From the IMG/VR virus record IMGVR_UViG_3300005537_000025: a stretch of DNA of 64,000 nucleotides; one strand, given 5' to 3'. The DNA comes from an uncultured virus (IMG/VR IMGVR_UViG_3300005537_000025) (taxonomy: Duplodnaviria > Heunggongvirae > Uroviricota > Caudoviricetes). The notes beneath the pieces are model-generated. The model worked only from the letters and a program-made list of their open reading frames with translations, searched no databases and was not told the origin of the DNA. A program made the position numbers and the translations under genes. Shown piece after piece: positions 50,397-61,293 of the stretch (the stretch's first letter is position 1; each line of letters opens with the position of its first letter).

Positions 50397-50453
50397 CCAG
50401 CTTCGCCCTCACCTCCCCGTGGCTGAAGCCACGGGTCTCACGGGCGGTCCCAG

Positions 50454-51365
50454 ATGACCGCCGCGCAGGCCGGCACCCGGACCGCAGCCACGGCCATGGC
50501 TCCGCGCCTGAAGCTCGGTGCGGCCGGAATCGCCGAGAACATCGCCTGGGTGGTGATCATCGGCCACGTCGTCCGCTGGGCCGTCGATGCCCTGTACTTC
50601 CTGGTCATCCAGCTCCAGGTCGGCTTCGACTACCCGGCTGGGCACAGGGTGTGGGACTACGGGCCGAAAGACCTCTGGGACCGGCTCCCCGTGCACATCC
50701 GGAACATGCTGCACGAGCACTGGTTCGCCGGGCAGTCCGCGCCGGCGTGGTGGGTATTCGACCGGCACGCCGCCCGCGACCTGGTCATCGGGATCATCAC
50801 GGGCGTCGTGGTGTTCTTCCTGTTCGCGAAGCCGCGGACGGAGCGCCGGGTGTACTCGTGGCACCGGCTGGCCGCGACCCCGCTGCTCGCCCTGCTGTAC
50901 GCGGTCCCCGGCGTCGCGGTGGGCGGCGTGATCATCTGGCGGGTGACGTGGATGCGGCAGCACGGCTGGGCGGTCCCCGGGAGCGGCGTGCTGGCGAACG
51001 AGGCGAACGGGTTCATCGCGGCCGGGCACTGGGAGATCATCCTGCTGGGCATCCTCGGCTCGTGGCTGTGCGCCCGGCATGCCTCGCTGGGTCCGGCCGA
51101 CGAGGTGCAGTGGTACCTGGCCGAGCGGGAGGCTGCCCGCCGCGCATCCACGGGCGTAACCGGTGCGGTGGCCCGGCGGCTGCCGCTGATCGGGCCGCCT
51201 GGCTTCCGGCTGCGGGTCCGCTGGCTGATGACCTCCAGTGGCGGCCAGGCGCCGCGCGGGAAGGCCGTGGAGCGTGTCCTGTCCGTGTTCGCGGCAGGGA
51301 CGTTCCTGCTCGCCGGGTTCGGCGCGTGGCTGACCCTGGCCGGCCCGGCAGCAGGAGTCCACTGA
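50454..51365 (+). CDS. Multi-pass membrane protein
   Basis: About five hydrophobic segments. Confidence 0.75.
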   Translation: MTAAQAGTRTAATAMAPRLKLGAAGIAENIAWVVIIGHVVRWAVDALYFLVIQLQVGFDYPAGHRVWDYGPKDLWDRLPVHIRNMLHEHWFAGQSAPAWWVFDRHAARDLVIGIITGVVVFFLFAKPRTERRVYSWHRLAATPLLALLYAVPGVAVGGVIIWRVTWMRQHGWAVPGSGVLANEANGFIAAGHWEIILLGILGSWLCARHASLGPADEVQWYLAEREAARRASTGVTGAVARRLPLIGPPGFRLRVRWLMTSSGGQAPRGKAVERVLSVFAAGTFLLAGFGAWLTLAGPAAGVH

Positions 51366-51516
51366 TGGACAAGTACCGCAGGCCGCACCGCTACGACCCG
51401 GATCCCCGCTCAACCAGCCGGACCCCGCTCTGCACGTGCGGGATGACCCGGTCCTACCGGCGTCACCAGCCGCTCTGGTGGCGCGTGATCCACCCGGCAG
51501 CGAAGTGGAGGTAGTC

Positions 51517-51753
51517 GTGAGCAGTGAGGACGAGGCAGCCGCCGCGCCGAAGGCAGTGCGCCTGTCGGTCAACATCAGCGCCGGGACGGCGGCCACGTTC
51601 CGCTCTCTCATCGCCGCTAAGGGCGTCACCGCGACCGAGGGAGTACGCCGTGCTATCGCCGTGTGGGCGTTCTGCGAAGAGGAGACCGCGGCGGGGAACA
51701 GGCTCGCGGTCATCGAGCACGACGGCACCGTGCGGGAGGTGGAGCTGACATGA
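51517..51753 (+). CDS. CopG/RHH-like protein
   Basis: VRLSVNIS...F..L...KGVTATEGVRRAI. Confidence 0.7.
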   Translation: MSSEDEAAAAPKAVRLSVNISAGTAATFRSLIAAKGVTATEGVRRAIAVWAFCEEETAAGNRLAVIEHDGTVREVELT

Positions 51754-54700
51754 GCAGCGGCGAGCAGGAGTACGCCTCGCATGACGGCGACGTCGCCGGA
51801 CTGTCCGGAGCGGTCGTCACCGGGCCGGGACTCCCCGGCATCACGGCCGGAAGCGCAGTGTGCTGGGAGGAGGGCGGCCACGCGGCCTGCGATGCCGAGA
51901 TCGTCCGCCTGGCCGCCGAGCTGGCCGGTGCGCGTTCCGCTGCCGCCTCAGACCGGGGCCGTGCCAAGGCGGCCGACGCGAAGCTGGCGGCGATCGTGGC
52001 GTACTGCCAGGCGAAGGCCGACGACCTCAGCGCCTCAATGCCGATGCGGGTCCGCCCGGATGACATGAAGATCAGCGCCGGGGATGTCCTGGCGATCATC
52101 AGCGGCGGGCGCGACCAGGACCCGGCACCGACCACCGAACCCGAGAACGGAGCCTGACCGATGACCGACTACAGGACCGTGCAGGACGCGCTTAAGGCGG
52201 GCACCGACCCGGCGATGCTGTGCGCGACCTGCCCGTGGGACCGCAACTGCTTCTCGCCCCCGGCGCTGACTCAGGCCGATATCGACCAGCGCATAGCCGA
52301 GGCCGGGCGGGTGGACGACCAGCGAGCCGCATCTGCCGTCGCTGCCGGCCGCGACCCCGGAATGCCGACCGGGACGCTGCTGACTGCGCTCGTATTCGCC
52401 GGCAAGGACACGAGCGCGCAGGTGTGCCCCGTCTTCGCGCTGCGGCTGCGGTCCAGCGACGGCCGGAAGCTGGCCGACACGCTCAAGGGCCTGGTGCAGG
52501 AATGGGACGACCAGTCATGACCGGGACTTCACCAGGCCGTGCCGCCTGCGAGGCGTACGGCGAGATCTGGGCCAACCAGGGATCAATACGATGGTCCCTC
52601 TGGGAAGACGCCGCCAGGGCCGCCATTTCGTCCTACATCAAGGCGAACGGCCGTGACCCGGTGGACGCCGCCAGCGTCATCACTGAGGCTGTAGTGCCCG
52701 AGCTGGCCGGAATCCGCGAGCAGCTCCGCGCGGTCTACACCGAGCGTGCCCGCCTCGTCGCGTTCCTCGCCGCCTGCTATCCATCAGTCATGCTCACCGA
52801 CGACGCGGAACCGGACTGGCCCATCGTGTTCGTCGATACGCCGGCCGGCCAGCTCTCATGGCACGTCGCCAGGGCCGACCTCGGCCTGTTCGCGCATGTC
52901 CCGGCCACCGCAGAGCCGACGTGGGACGGCCATACGACCGAGGTCAAGTACGAGCGGCTGGCGGACATGACCGCCCGGCTCGCTGAGGCTGGCGGCGTAG
53001 GCGGGATCGCCGCCGCAGTCGCGACGGCCCGGCCAGTGACCGCCGCCACCGGAGAAAACACGCCAGGCGCCCCGGAGGTCACGGCGCAACGCGTCTCGGA
53101 GTACTACGAGACGGTGGACGACCTGCGCCGCGAACTGGTCGAGGTGGTGCAGCAGTGGCGCCTGATCAAGGACACGCACCGCATCGCCCGTTACGACGAG
53201 AATGCGCCGCAGGTCCAGCGTGATGCCTACCTCACCGGCCTCATGGCCGGGAACTACGCGTACACCCTGGCGGCGGTGCTCGGCGTGGCGCAGCGGGAGT
53301 TCGGGAACGCGGTCGCGAGCCGGCTGACCTCCGTCGCGGCCGGGATCCTCACGAACGGCGACGGCAGCGACCTGAACGCCGATGTAGTTCCGCAGCCAGA
53401 GCCGGAAGCGGCTGACGCCACACCAGGAGAGGTTGCGAGGCCATGACCCCCACCGGAGAGACCACGACCCCGGACCCGCTGGCTCGCGCGACAAGGCTGG
53501 CAGCACGCCAGCTGATCGCCGACCTCGCCGTCCAGCAGCGGCTGGTAGGCGAGTTGCAGACGCTCGCCGACGAAAAGCTCCGTGACCTCTACAGCGGCGA
53601 GACGAAGCTCCGGGTGTTTCTGGAGCGTCTCGGCCTGCCCGCTGACGAAGCGTGGAAGGCCGGCGCGCTTGACGTCGATGCCGCTATGGCCCTGCTGAGC
53701 AAGGAGACCACGCCATGACTGCAACCCCCGACGCCGTCCCGATGACAGCGGCCCAGATCCGCGCCCGCATGGACGGGATCGCCCCGTGGCCTGCTGCTGA
53801 CGACCCGCACCCTGCCCGTTCCCTCGCACGGCACTTCGCGGTACAGGCCGAGTCCGCGTGGCAGGCATGGATGTACGAGGACTTCCCCGCGAACCTGGCC
53901 GCCCTGGACCAGTTCCGGTCCGGGTTCACGATCGTCACGCTCCTGGCGAGGATGGCGGCGGTCCCGTACGTCGCCGCGCTGGCCGCCCGCGAGATCGGGG
54001 AAGCACTGACGGCGGACGGGCTAGCGGGAGAGCTGCTCGCCGGGCACCTGGCGGACCTCGGCATCGACCAGGACGAGATCGAGCGGCTGAACGACGCAGC
54101 GCGGACGCTGCGCCAGGCCGGGGAAGCCGAGGTGACAGCTGAGATCTTCACCGCGGAGGAGCTGACAGCGGCGATGGAGAAGCGGGCGTACAGCCCGGAG
54201 CACCGCGCGGAGCTTCTCGCGGCGATCCGCCGTGACCGCGAGACGGGAGGACCGAAGCGATGAGCCGCTACCGGGACGGCGACTACGACGACGACCCGGA
54301 GGCGGTCCTCGCCTACGGCAGGTGGGCGCACAACGCCCGGCAGGTGCTCAGGAGCAAGCGAGGCCGCAAGGCCCTCGCCGAGATCCGCGAGGCGCTCCTG
54401 GCGCTGCCTGAGCGCCGCCTGATCTCTGGGGCGATGTGCACCGTCGGCACGGTCGACGTTCGCCTGCCGGAGATCACCGACGCCGACGTCGAGCGGGACG
54501 CGGATGAGAGCCGCGAGTACATCCGGTCCTCCGGCTGGACACCCCGCGATCTGGACGGCTACCTGGAGGAACGCGCGCGGAATCTCCGCTACGAGCGGCA
54601 GGCCGAGCGGGAGGCGCTGGCCGGGAAGCAAGCCGAGCAGGGCTGCGGGGTGTGCGTCAACGGTGCCCTGCTCTGGTACCGGAAGGTCCGCGACGGCATG

Positions 54701-55580
54701 GACCCCGACGAGGCGTTCGCCTCGCTGCCCATCCTGATCGACGGCGAGGACGGCGGCGACCCGCTCGCGGAAACCGCCGGCCTTGCCGAGAAGGAAGCAG
54801 GCATCGCGTACACGCTGGCCTGGCAGCTGGCCTACCGCAACGACGAGACCTATGAGCTCAAGACCCCCGAGGAGCGCTGGACGGCGTTCATGGAGTGGAT
54901 CGACGGCCTGCTGGCGGAAAGTGCGGCGGCATGACGACCATCATCGAATGCCCGATCGCCGCCTGCCCGTGGACCCTTGCCGCCGATGCGCCGACTGTGC
55001 GGGCTTCGGCGCTGGCGGACGTGTTCGGCGTGGGCATGATGACCCTCGTATCGGCGCAGGGGCACGCAGAGAAGATCGAGCGGGAGCTGTCGGACCACTT
55101 CGGCACCCACCGGCTTGAGGAGTGGGTCGCGGAGATCACCCGGCTGAAAGACGAGGTGGCAGGGCGGCGGGACAACAGCACCAGAGCCTCCGTTGATGGT
55201 ATCCATGGCGAGCTGCTCGCGGCGTCCGTGTCCTGCTCTGCCTGGCTCGCTGAGCACGAGGGCGGCGACGAGAGCCAGCGCCACGTCGTGTGGTCGGTGC
55301 ACCAGGGACTGCTCGGGTACCTGCTCCTGGTCCGCGCGCTGATGGATGCCAGGAGGGTGTCATGACCTTCCAGCGCCGCGAGCAGAACGGACCCTTCTCC
55401 GGCCCGGCGGTCCTCCTCTCGGTACCCGAGATCCACCACGCCTGTACATGCACGTGGGTGCCAGCGGTGTACAAGAAGGACGGGACGTCCAGGATGACAC
55501 TGAAGTACCGCTCCGGCGCGTGCCCGGCCGTCACGTTCCACCGCAGGCTGGCCAGCGCGCAGGACGGGAGCGTCTCATGA
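51750..55580 (+). other. Hypothetical middle genes (51750-52157, 52161-52520, 52517-53446 with a QLSWH...WDGHTT domain, 53443-53718, 53715-54263, 54260-54934, 54931-55365, 55362-55580)
   Basis: Chain of ATGA overlaps. Confidence 0.65.
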
Positions 55581-55933
55581 CCGCCGCTGATCTTGCCGCA
55601 ACCCTCCGTGACCTCCGGGTCGGCCTCGGCATCTCGCAGGAGCAGGCAGCGGCCCGCCTCGGGATACGCCGGTCAGCGGTCAGCGAGATAGAGCGCGGCA
55701 ACAGGCGGGTGTCCGCCGAGGAGCTGGCCGCGTTCGCCGCGCTGTACCTGACGACAGCGGATGCGCTCCTCGCAGGCCACGGTGTGCCGGCCGCTTCTCG
55801 CTGCCGGGCTGCGGAGGGCATGGTCACGGTGCCCCGTGCGGAGCTGGAGACCGTCCTGGCCGGGTTCCGGCCGCTCAGCGACGGCGAGAATGATGCGCTG
55901 AAGCGGCTGCTCGACATCGTGGAGCCGTCGTGA
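55577..55933 (+). CDS. XRE HTH protein
   Basis: LRDLRVGLGISQEQAAARLGIRRSAVSEIERGNRRVSAEEL. Confidence 0.85.
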   Translation: MTAADLAATLRDLRVGLGISQEQAAARLGIRRSAVSEIERGNRRVSAEELAAFAALYLTTADALLAGHGVPAASRCRAAEGMVTVPRAELETVLAGFRPLSDGENDALKRLLDIVEPS

Positions 55934-56708
55934 TCGCCGGGCAGCCCGAGACGGCGCCGGGGCAGCCTTCCGGCATGTGGTGCGACACCTTCGACGCTGA
56001 CCTCCTGGCCGTCGTGCCGGGAGCGGCTGAGGCGCTCGGCCCGGCCGGCGGATTGCGCCTGATGACTTACAGCCGGCTGACGAACGGCAGGATCAACCAC
56101 CCGTCGTGCTGGAGCACCTATGAGGGGTTCGCGGCGTTCTTCTGGACCGCAGAGGAGCACCGGCCGGATGCATCCTGGAGCACCGACGCCCCTGTCGCGG
56201 AGTGCACGTTCCTGGAGGCAGTCCGCGACGAGTGGGTGCACTCGTGCGCCATCGTCGTGAACGGCCGCGTCGTGTGGCGCCCTCCCGTCCGGCTGATGCA
56301 GAAGCTGATGTACGACCTGCGCGGCTGGACCCCGCTCGCCGATGAGGAGCGCGAGCGGATCCGCGGGGACGTGCGGTGCTCGCTCACATCGGCCGCCAGG
56401 CGGCTGGCCAGAGTGCCCAGCGTCCCGGCCCTCATTGACAAGGGAGCACCGTTCTGATGATCCGCTGCGAGATGTCGGATCTTCCCCCGGAGATGTGCGG
56501 CCACTGCACTGGTGCCGAGGAACGGGCACGCGCCGGGGAGCACCACCCGGTCATGCCCGGCTCGCCGTGGTTCCGGGCCGGCTATCCGGGTTCCTGCTCC
56601 GGCTGCGGCGGCCGGATCGCTCTCGGGGACAAGATCCGCGCCGACGGCGAAGGCGGCTACTGCTGCCAGGAGTGCGGCGCTGCCAAGGCGCTTGAGGAGC
56701 TGTTCTAG
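55930..56708 (+). other. Two hypothetical genes (55930-56457; Cys-rich 56457-56708)
   Basis: Coupled ORFs. Confidence 0.55.
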
Positions 56709-56710
56709 CC

Positions 56711-57553
56711 GTGAAGCCCCCCTTTACGTATTTCGGCGGCAAGACGCGGATTGCCGCCGAGATCGCCTCGCTGCTGCCGCAGCACGAGCATTACGTCGAG
56801 CCGTTCGCGGGAAGCCTGGCGGTCCTGCTGGCCAAGCCGCAGTCGATGATGGAGACGGTCAGTGACCTCGACGGCGATCTCGTGGCGTTCTGGCGTACGC
56901 TGCGGGAACGCCCGGACGACCTTGAGCGCGCATGCTTCCTGACTCCGCACTCGCGGGCAGAGCACGCTGACGCCATCCGGATCGCGGAAGGCACGGACGA
57001 GCTGGAGCGGGCCCGCCGCGTGTGGATACGGCTCACCCAGGGCCGGAGCGGGCAGCTGCACCACCTCACCGGCTGGAGGCACTACCAGGATGCGCGCGGC
57101 TCGCGGACCACGATGCCGGACTATCTCGCGGCCTACGCCGGGCGGATCGCTCCCGCTGCGGCAAGGCTCGCGGGTGTCTCGCTGGAATGCCTGCCCGCGC
57201 TGGAGGTCATCAGCCGCTACGGCCGCCACGAGAACGTCCTGATTTACGCCGATCCTCCGTATCTGGAGGAGACCCGCTCGTCGGCCGGCCGCGGCCCGTC
57301 GTACCAGCACGAGATGCGCACCGAGGCTGAGCACGCAGAGCTTGCCGAGGCGCTGCTGGCGGCCCGGGCGGCAGTCGTCCTGTCGGGCTACGACTCGCCG
57401 CTGTACTCATCGGCCTACGATGGCTGGCACCGGGTCGAGTTCCCGGCGTTCACCGGCAACTCGCACGACGGGACCGCGCGGCGAACCGAGGTTCTGTGGT
57501 CGAACCGCCCGTTCGCGCAGGGCAGCCTGTTCGACGGGCTGGAGACGGCGTGA
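56711..57553 (+). CDS. Dam-like DNA adenine methyltransferase (D12 class)
   Basis: YFGGK; YVEPFAGS; YADPPY; EVLWSN. Confidence 0.93.
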   Translation: MKPPFTYFGGKTRIAAEIASLLPQHEHYVEPFAGSLAVLLAKPQSMMETVSDLDGDLVAFWRTLRERPDDLERACFLTPHSRAEHADAIRIAEGTDELERARRVWIRLTQGRSGQLHHLTGWRHYQDARGSRTTMPDYLAAYAGRIAPAAARLAGVSLECLPALEVISRYGRHENVLIYADPPYLEETRSSAGRGPSYQHEMRTEAEHAELAEALLAARAAVVLSGYDSPLYSSAYDGWHRVEFPAFTGNSHDGTARRTEVLWSNRPFAQGSLFDGLETA

Positions 57554-58101
57554 CCCTCCGCATCGTCACCGTCTCCCGCGACGACGCGAAAGCGTTCACC
57601 GCGATGTGGCACCGGCACCACGGCCACGTCCTCCCGGCCAGCCACAAGTTCAGTGTCGGCGTGGCGGACGACGCGGATGTCCTGCTAGGCGTGGCGATCA
57701 GCGGCAGGCCGAGCGGCCCGGGCAACCAGGACGGCGTGACGCTGGAGGTGACCCGCTGCACGACGGACGGCACCGATAATGCCTGCTCCATGCTCTACGG
57801 TGCCGCCGCCCGGGCCGCGAAGGCGCTCGGGTGGGGCCGGATCATCACGTACACGCAGGAAGGCGAGTCGAGGGCCAGCCTGCGGGCCGCCGGCTTCGTG
57901 CTCATCGCCGAGCGCAGGCCGCGGACTGACCACTTCGAGTCGTCGCGGCGGTACCGCGAGGACCACGGGACCGGCGGAGTTACCCGGTACCTGTGGGAGC
58001 GGGTGCTGAACCCGTCGGCCAGGCCGTGGACGTCGGTTTCCCGGCCGGCGCAGGCTGCCTGCCGGGAGATGCCGCTGACGCTCTGGGATGGGGCGGCGTG
58101 A
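57550..58101 (+). CDS. XF1762/Mom-like GNAT-fold protein, possible DNA-modification enzyme
   Basis: HRHH...KFS.GV...GVAI.GRP...LEVTR..TDGT.NACSMLYGAA.RAAKALG..RIITYT...ES.ASLRAAG. Confidence 0.75.
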   Translation: MTLRIVTVSRDDAKAFTAMWHRHHGHVLPASHKFSVGVADDADVLLGVAISGRPSGPGNQDGVTLEVTRCTTDGTDNACSMLYGAAARAAKALGWGRIITYTQEGESRASLRAAGFVLIAERRPRTDHFESSRRYREDHGTGGVTRYLWERVLNPSARPWTSVSRPAQAACREMPLTLWDGAA

Positions 58102-58106
58102 GCGGG

Positions 58107-58304
58107 CTACGCGGGAGCTTCGTCAGCAATGAGGCGACCGCGCCCCCGTGCCCACTCTTCCACGTCGGCGCGCTTCCAGACCTTCCCCATCGCGAGCGTT
58201 ACCTCGGGTACAGGAAAGTCGTGGCGCTTGATGAGCTGCTGTACCCGCTGGCGGCCGACACCGAGCATTGCCCCAATCTCCTGGGAGCCGACGAGATGGT
58301 GCAC
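58107..58304 (-). CDS. AlpA-like small HTH regulator
   Basis: HLVG..EI..MLGV.RQRVQQL...DFP.P...L..GKVW...DVE.WA. Confidence 0.8.
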   Translation of the reverse strand: MHHLVGSQEIGAMLGVGRQRVQQLIKRHDFPVPEVTLAMGKVWKRADVEEWARGRGRLIADEAPA

Positions 58305-58337
58305 GGCAAGAACCATAGTCTCGATGCTACTAGGCAC

Positions 58338-58367
58338 TTGACTAGAGGGCAATGTCCGCGCAATACT
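58338..58367 (+). promoter_or_regulatory. Promoter with ACTAG repeats; leaderless start at 58374
   Basis: TTGACT-18-AATACT-6 nt-ATG. Confidence 0.5.
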
Positions 58368-58373
58368 AGTCAC

Positions 58374-60955
58374 ATGACTAGTGCAGCCGAGGACGACCGC
58401 TGGACGTCCGCCCACCAGAACGCCGCTGAGCGCCTGTTCGGCAAGACGGACGGTGATGTCCTCACGGACGCGGAAGACGACGCCTGCTGCGCGGAAGCAG
58501 ACCGCGAGGTCGCCGCCGAGGCGTGGTACCAGGGACAGGAGGGCTGATCGGTGACTGCCAAGAAGACCCCCGCCGACATCATCTTCGCGGCAATCGCCCC
58601 GAAAGTGGACCGGACCGAAGTCCGCGAGTTCCTGGTGAAGCACGCCAGCGCCGCAGTGCTTGTGACTGATGAGCGCGTCGAGACCTTCGCCTGCGCGCTT
58701 GAGGAGTACATCGCTGAAGGCCCGGACGGGGAGGACTGACTGATGGGACGACTGCACCACCTGATCGCGGACACCCTCGCAGCCGAGCTGCTCGCCCGGC
58801 GCGAGTGGGACGAGGCCCCCGCCCTGTGCTTCCTGTACGTGGAGGGCGGCAAGCCCCGGATCTCCGCCCTTCCGCTGCCCGACGAGATGTGGTCGGCGGA
58901 CCGGCCGCCGGCCGTGCTCGCGCGGTTCGCCGCGATCAGCACGAGTCAGTCCTCGCTGCTGTCCAGTGTTGCGCCGGAAGGGCTCCACGGTGCCGCGTTC
59001 CGCTGCGAGGCGTGGGAGATCGACGGCGGCAAGCCCGGTACGGCGCGGCGGAGCGAGGCTCTGGCCGACTCCATGGCGCACCGCATCGAGCAGCGCCCTG
59101 ACGCGAGGGAGATCCGCTCGATCTACGCGGTTGACCGCGCCGGGATCACCTACGCCGCAGTCCAGCGGTGGGGCGAGGATGACGTCCGCCGCAGCATCGC
59201 GTTCCCGGGGGCCGGGAACGGCTTCTCCGGCACGATCCCGCGTGCGCTGGACCAGATCGTAACCGCGGTCCTCGGCGTGGCGATGCCGAACAGGGAGGGG
59301 ACTGGCCGGTGACCAGTACCCGGACCCGCCTCACCCCGGTCGAGATAACCGAGCAGCACCCGTCGTTCCGCACCGGCCGGACCGAGGCTTGGGCGGCAGT
59401 CTCGAAGGACGGCGAGTACGCCTTCACGCGAGTCGAGGACACCGGAACCCCGTGGACGGTTGAGCACCTGCCGACCGGCACCGACTGCGGCCTGTTCTCC
59501 TCGCTGCCCAAGGCGCGGCGAGCAACAGCAGACGGTTCCGCGCTGGCATCCGCTGAGCGACCGCTGCCGCCGGAGCTCGCCGCCCTCCGTGCTGACCTGA
59601 TCGCTTCCGGGTGGACCGCTGATTCCCCGGCCGTGCCGGACCGCGAGACCAAAGATCTTTATGCGCAAGAGCGCACCGACTACGAGGACTGATGATGGAC
59701 AAGACTGCGGCTTTCAAGCTCAGCATCGCCTTCCTGTGCACCTTCTGGGGCACAGCGGTGCTCACCCACCAGCACCACCTGAGCGCCCTGGTCCCGACCC
59801 TGGGCTACTTCCTGCTGATCTACGGCATCGGCCTGACAATCATGTCTGTCCTCTTCGGGAGAAGGTCATGACCCACAAGCCCCCCACCCCGCAGGGCATC
59901 AGCGCCCTGCTGAAGCGTGCCGGTTTTGAGCGGTCCGAGTCGAGCGCGACCGGCGTCAAGGGCTGGCGCAACCACAGTGAGGGCTACGTCGTCCGCGGCT
60001 ACGAGAGCGGTCGTGTGCACGTCGGGCACGAGGACGGTCGGTTCCACTCCGCTGACGCCGACCGCCAGCGCTCCGCCGAGATGGAGGAGCGTTACGCGCA
60101 GGTCATCGAGGCGGCCGGGTACGCGGTTGAGCGCAGCGGGGAGGCGGGCGGGTACTTCAGCCGCCTGATCGTCACCGCACGGAAGGACTGACTGATGGGG
60201 ACCAACTATTACGTCCGCCCCGAGGGTGCGTGCGAGAAGCAGTGCTCGCGCTGGGTTCACCTCGGAAAGTCCAGCACCGGTTGGGCTTTCACGTTCCGCG
60301 CCTACCCGAACCCCGAATGGGACGGCCCGGATGTGGTTACCGAGCCGGTGAACGACTTCGCGTCCTGGCGGAAGCTGCTGGACCTCGGCGGTATCTACGA
60401 CGAGCACGGCCGCCAGGTACCGGAGGCGGACCTGCTCAAGCTGATCGAGGACCGGCGCGGCGGCCGGAACGACCTGAACCGGGGCGAGCATCTTGACGCG
60501 GAGGGAAACCGGTTCGTGCCGGGTGAGTTCTCGTGACCGGGACCGCCCGCATCCGCTGGGAGCAGGCCCGGTACGGCGGATGGAGCGGCCACGCCGGCAC
60601 CCTGGACCGGATGTTCATGATCTGGGGAGACGCCAGGTGCTGGACGCTCAGCTCGGCGTTCCCCGTCCTCTGCGAGAGGTACCGGCGGGACGAGGACCCA
60701 GAGGTGCTCAAGCTGGCCGCCGAGGAATGGCTGGAAGAGTTCGCCGTCTCGCTCGGCGCGGTGTTCCCTGGTGCCGCAGAGGCCCGCTGGGAGGCGCTGA
60801 AGGGCTACCTGACCCTCAGCGCAGAGCAGACCGAGGCCGCGCTTCATGCGGCAGAGGCTTCCGGGGAGGTCGCTGACGCGATCGCGTGGGGCACCCACAC
60901 CGGAGCCGCGATGTCAGCGCTGGCGAAGATGAGCGAACTGGAGGCCGGGCAGTGA
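58374..60955 (+). other. Hypothetical genes (58374-58547, 58551-58739, 58743-59312, 59309-59692, 59868-60191, 60195-60536, 60533-60955)
   Basis: RBSs and start/stop overlaps. Confidence 0.6.
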
Positions 60956-61293
60956 CCGCGATCAGGCTCAGCCACGAGACGTCTGACGACCTGGTGGTCA
61001 TCACCGTCGCCGGGTCCGTGGACTTCCGCACCGCCCCGCAGCTTCGCGAACTGGCCAGGAGCATCACCGAGGAGAACATTGCCCCGCTCGTCATCGACCT
61101 GGACGGCGTCACGTTCCTCGACAACGTGGGCGTCGGCGTCCTGGTGGGCGCGATGAAACGTCAGGAGGCCCGTGGCAGCCAGTTCGCCATCGCGTGCACC
61201 GCCGAGCCGGTGCTGCGGGTGCTGCGGACCATGGGCCTGCTCGGGCGCATGGGGGTGCGCGGGAGCGTCGACGAGGCCGGGGTGAGGCCCTGA
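60952..61293 (+). CDS. STAS-domain anti-sigma factor antagonist (BldG/RsbV-like) lacking the phospho-acceptor Ser
   Basis: VVITVAGSVDFRTAPQLRE...LVIDLDGVTFLDNVGVGVLVGAMKR...VLRVLRTMGL. Confidence 0.85.
   Translation: MTAIRLSHETSDDLVVITVAGSVDFRTAPQLRELARSITEENIAPLVIDLDGVTFLDNVGVGVLVGAMKRQEARGSQFAIACTAEPVLRVLRTMGLLGRMGVRGSVDEAGVRP

Larger units (their letters stand above)
49043..50453 (-). mobile_element. IS200/IS605-family element (non-autonomous: tnpB intact, tnpA remnant)
   Basis: Right-end hairpin (minus strand) GAATCCCCCGGCACTAGCCGTGGGGAAGCGTTAA; left-end hairpin CCCGTGGCTGAAGCCACGGG; removing the element restores an ATGA gene overlap. Confidence 0.85.
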
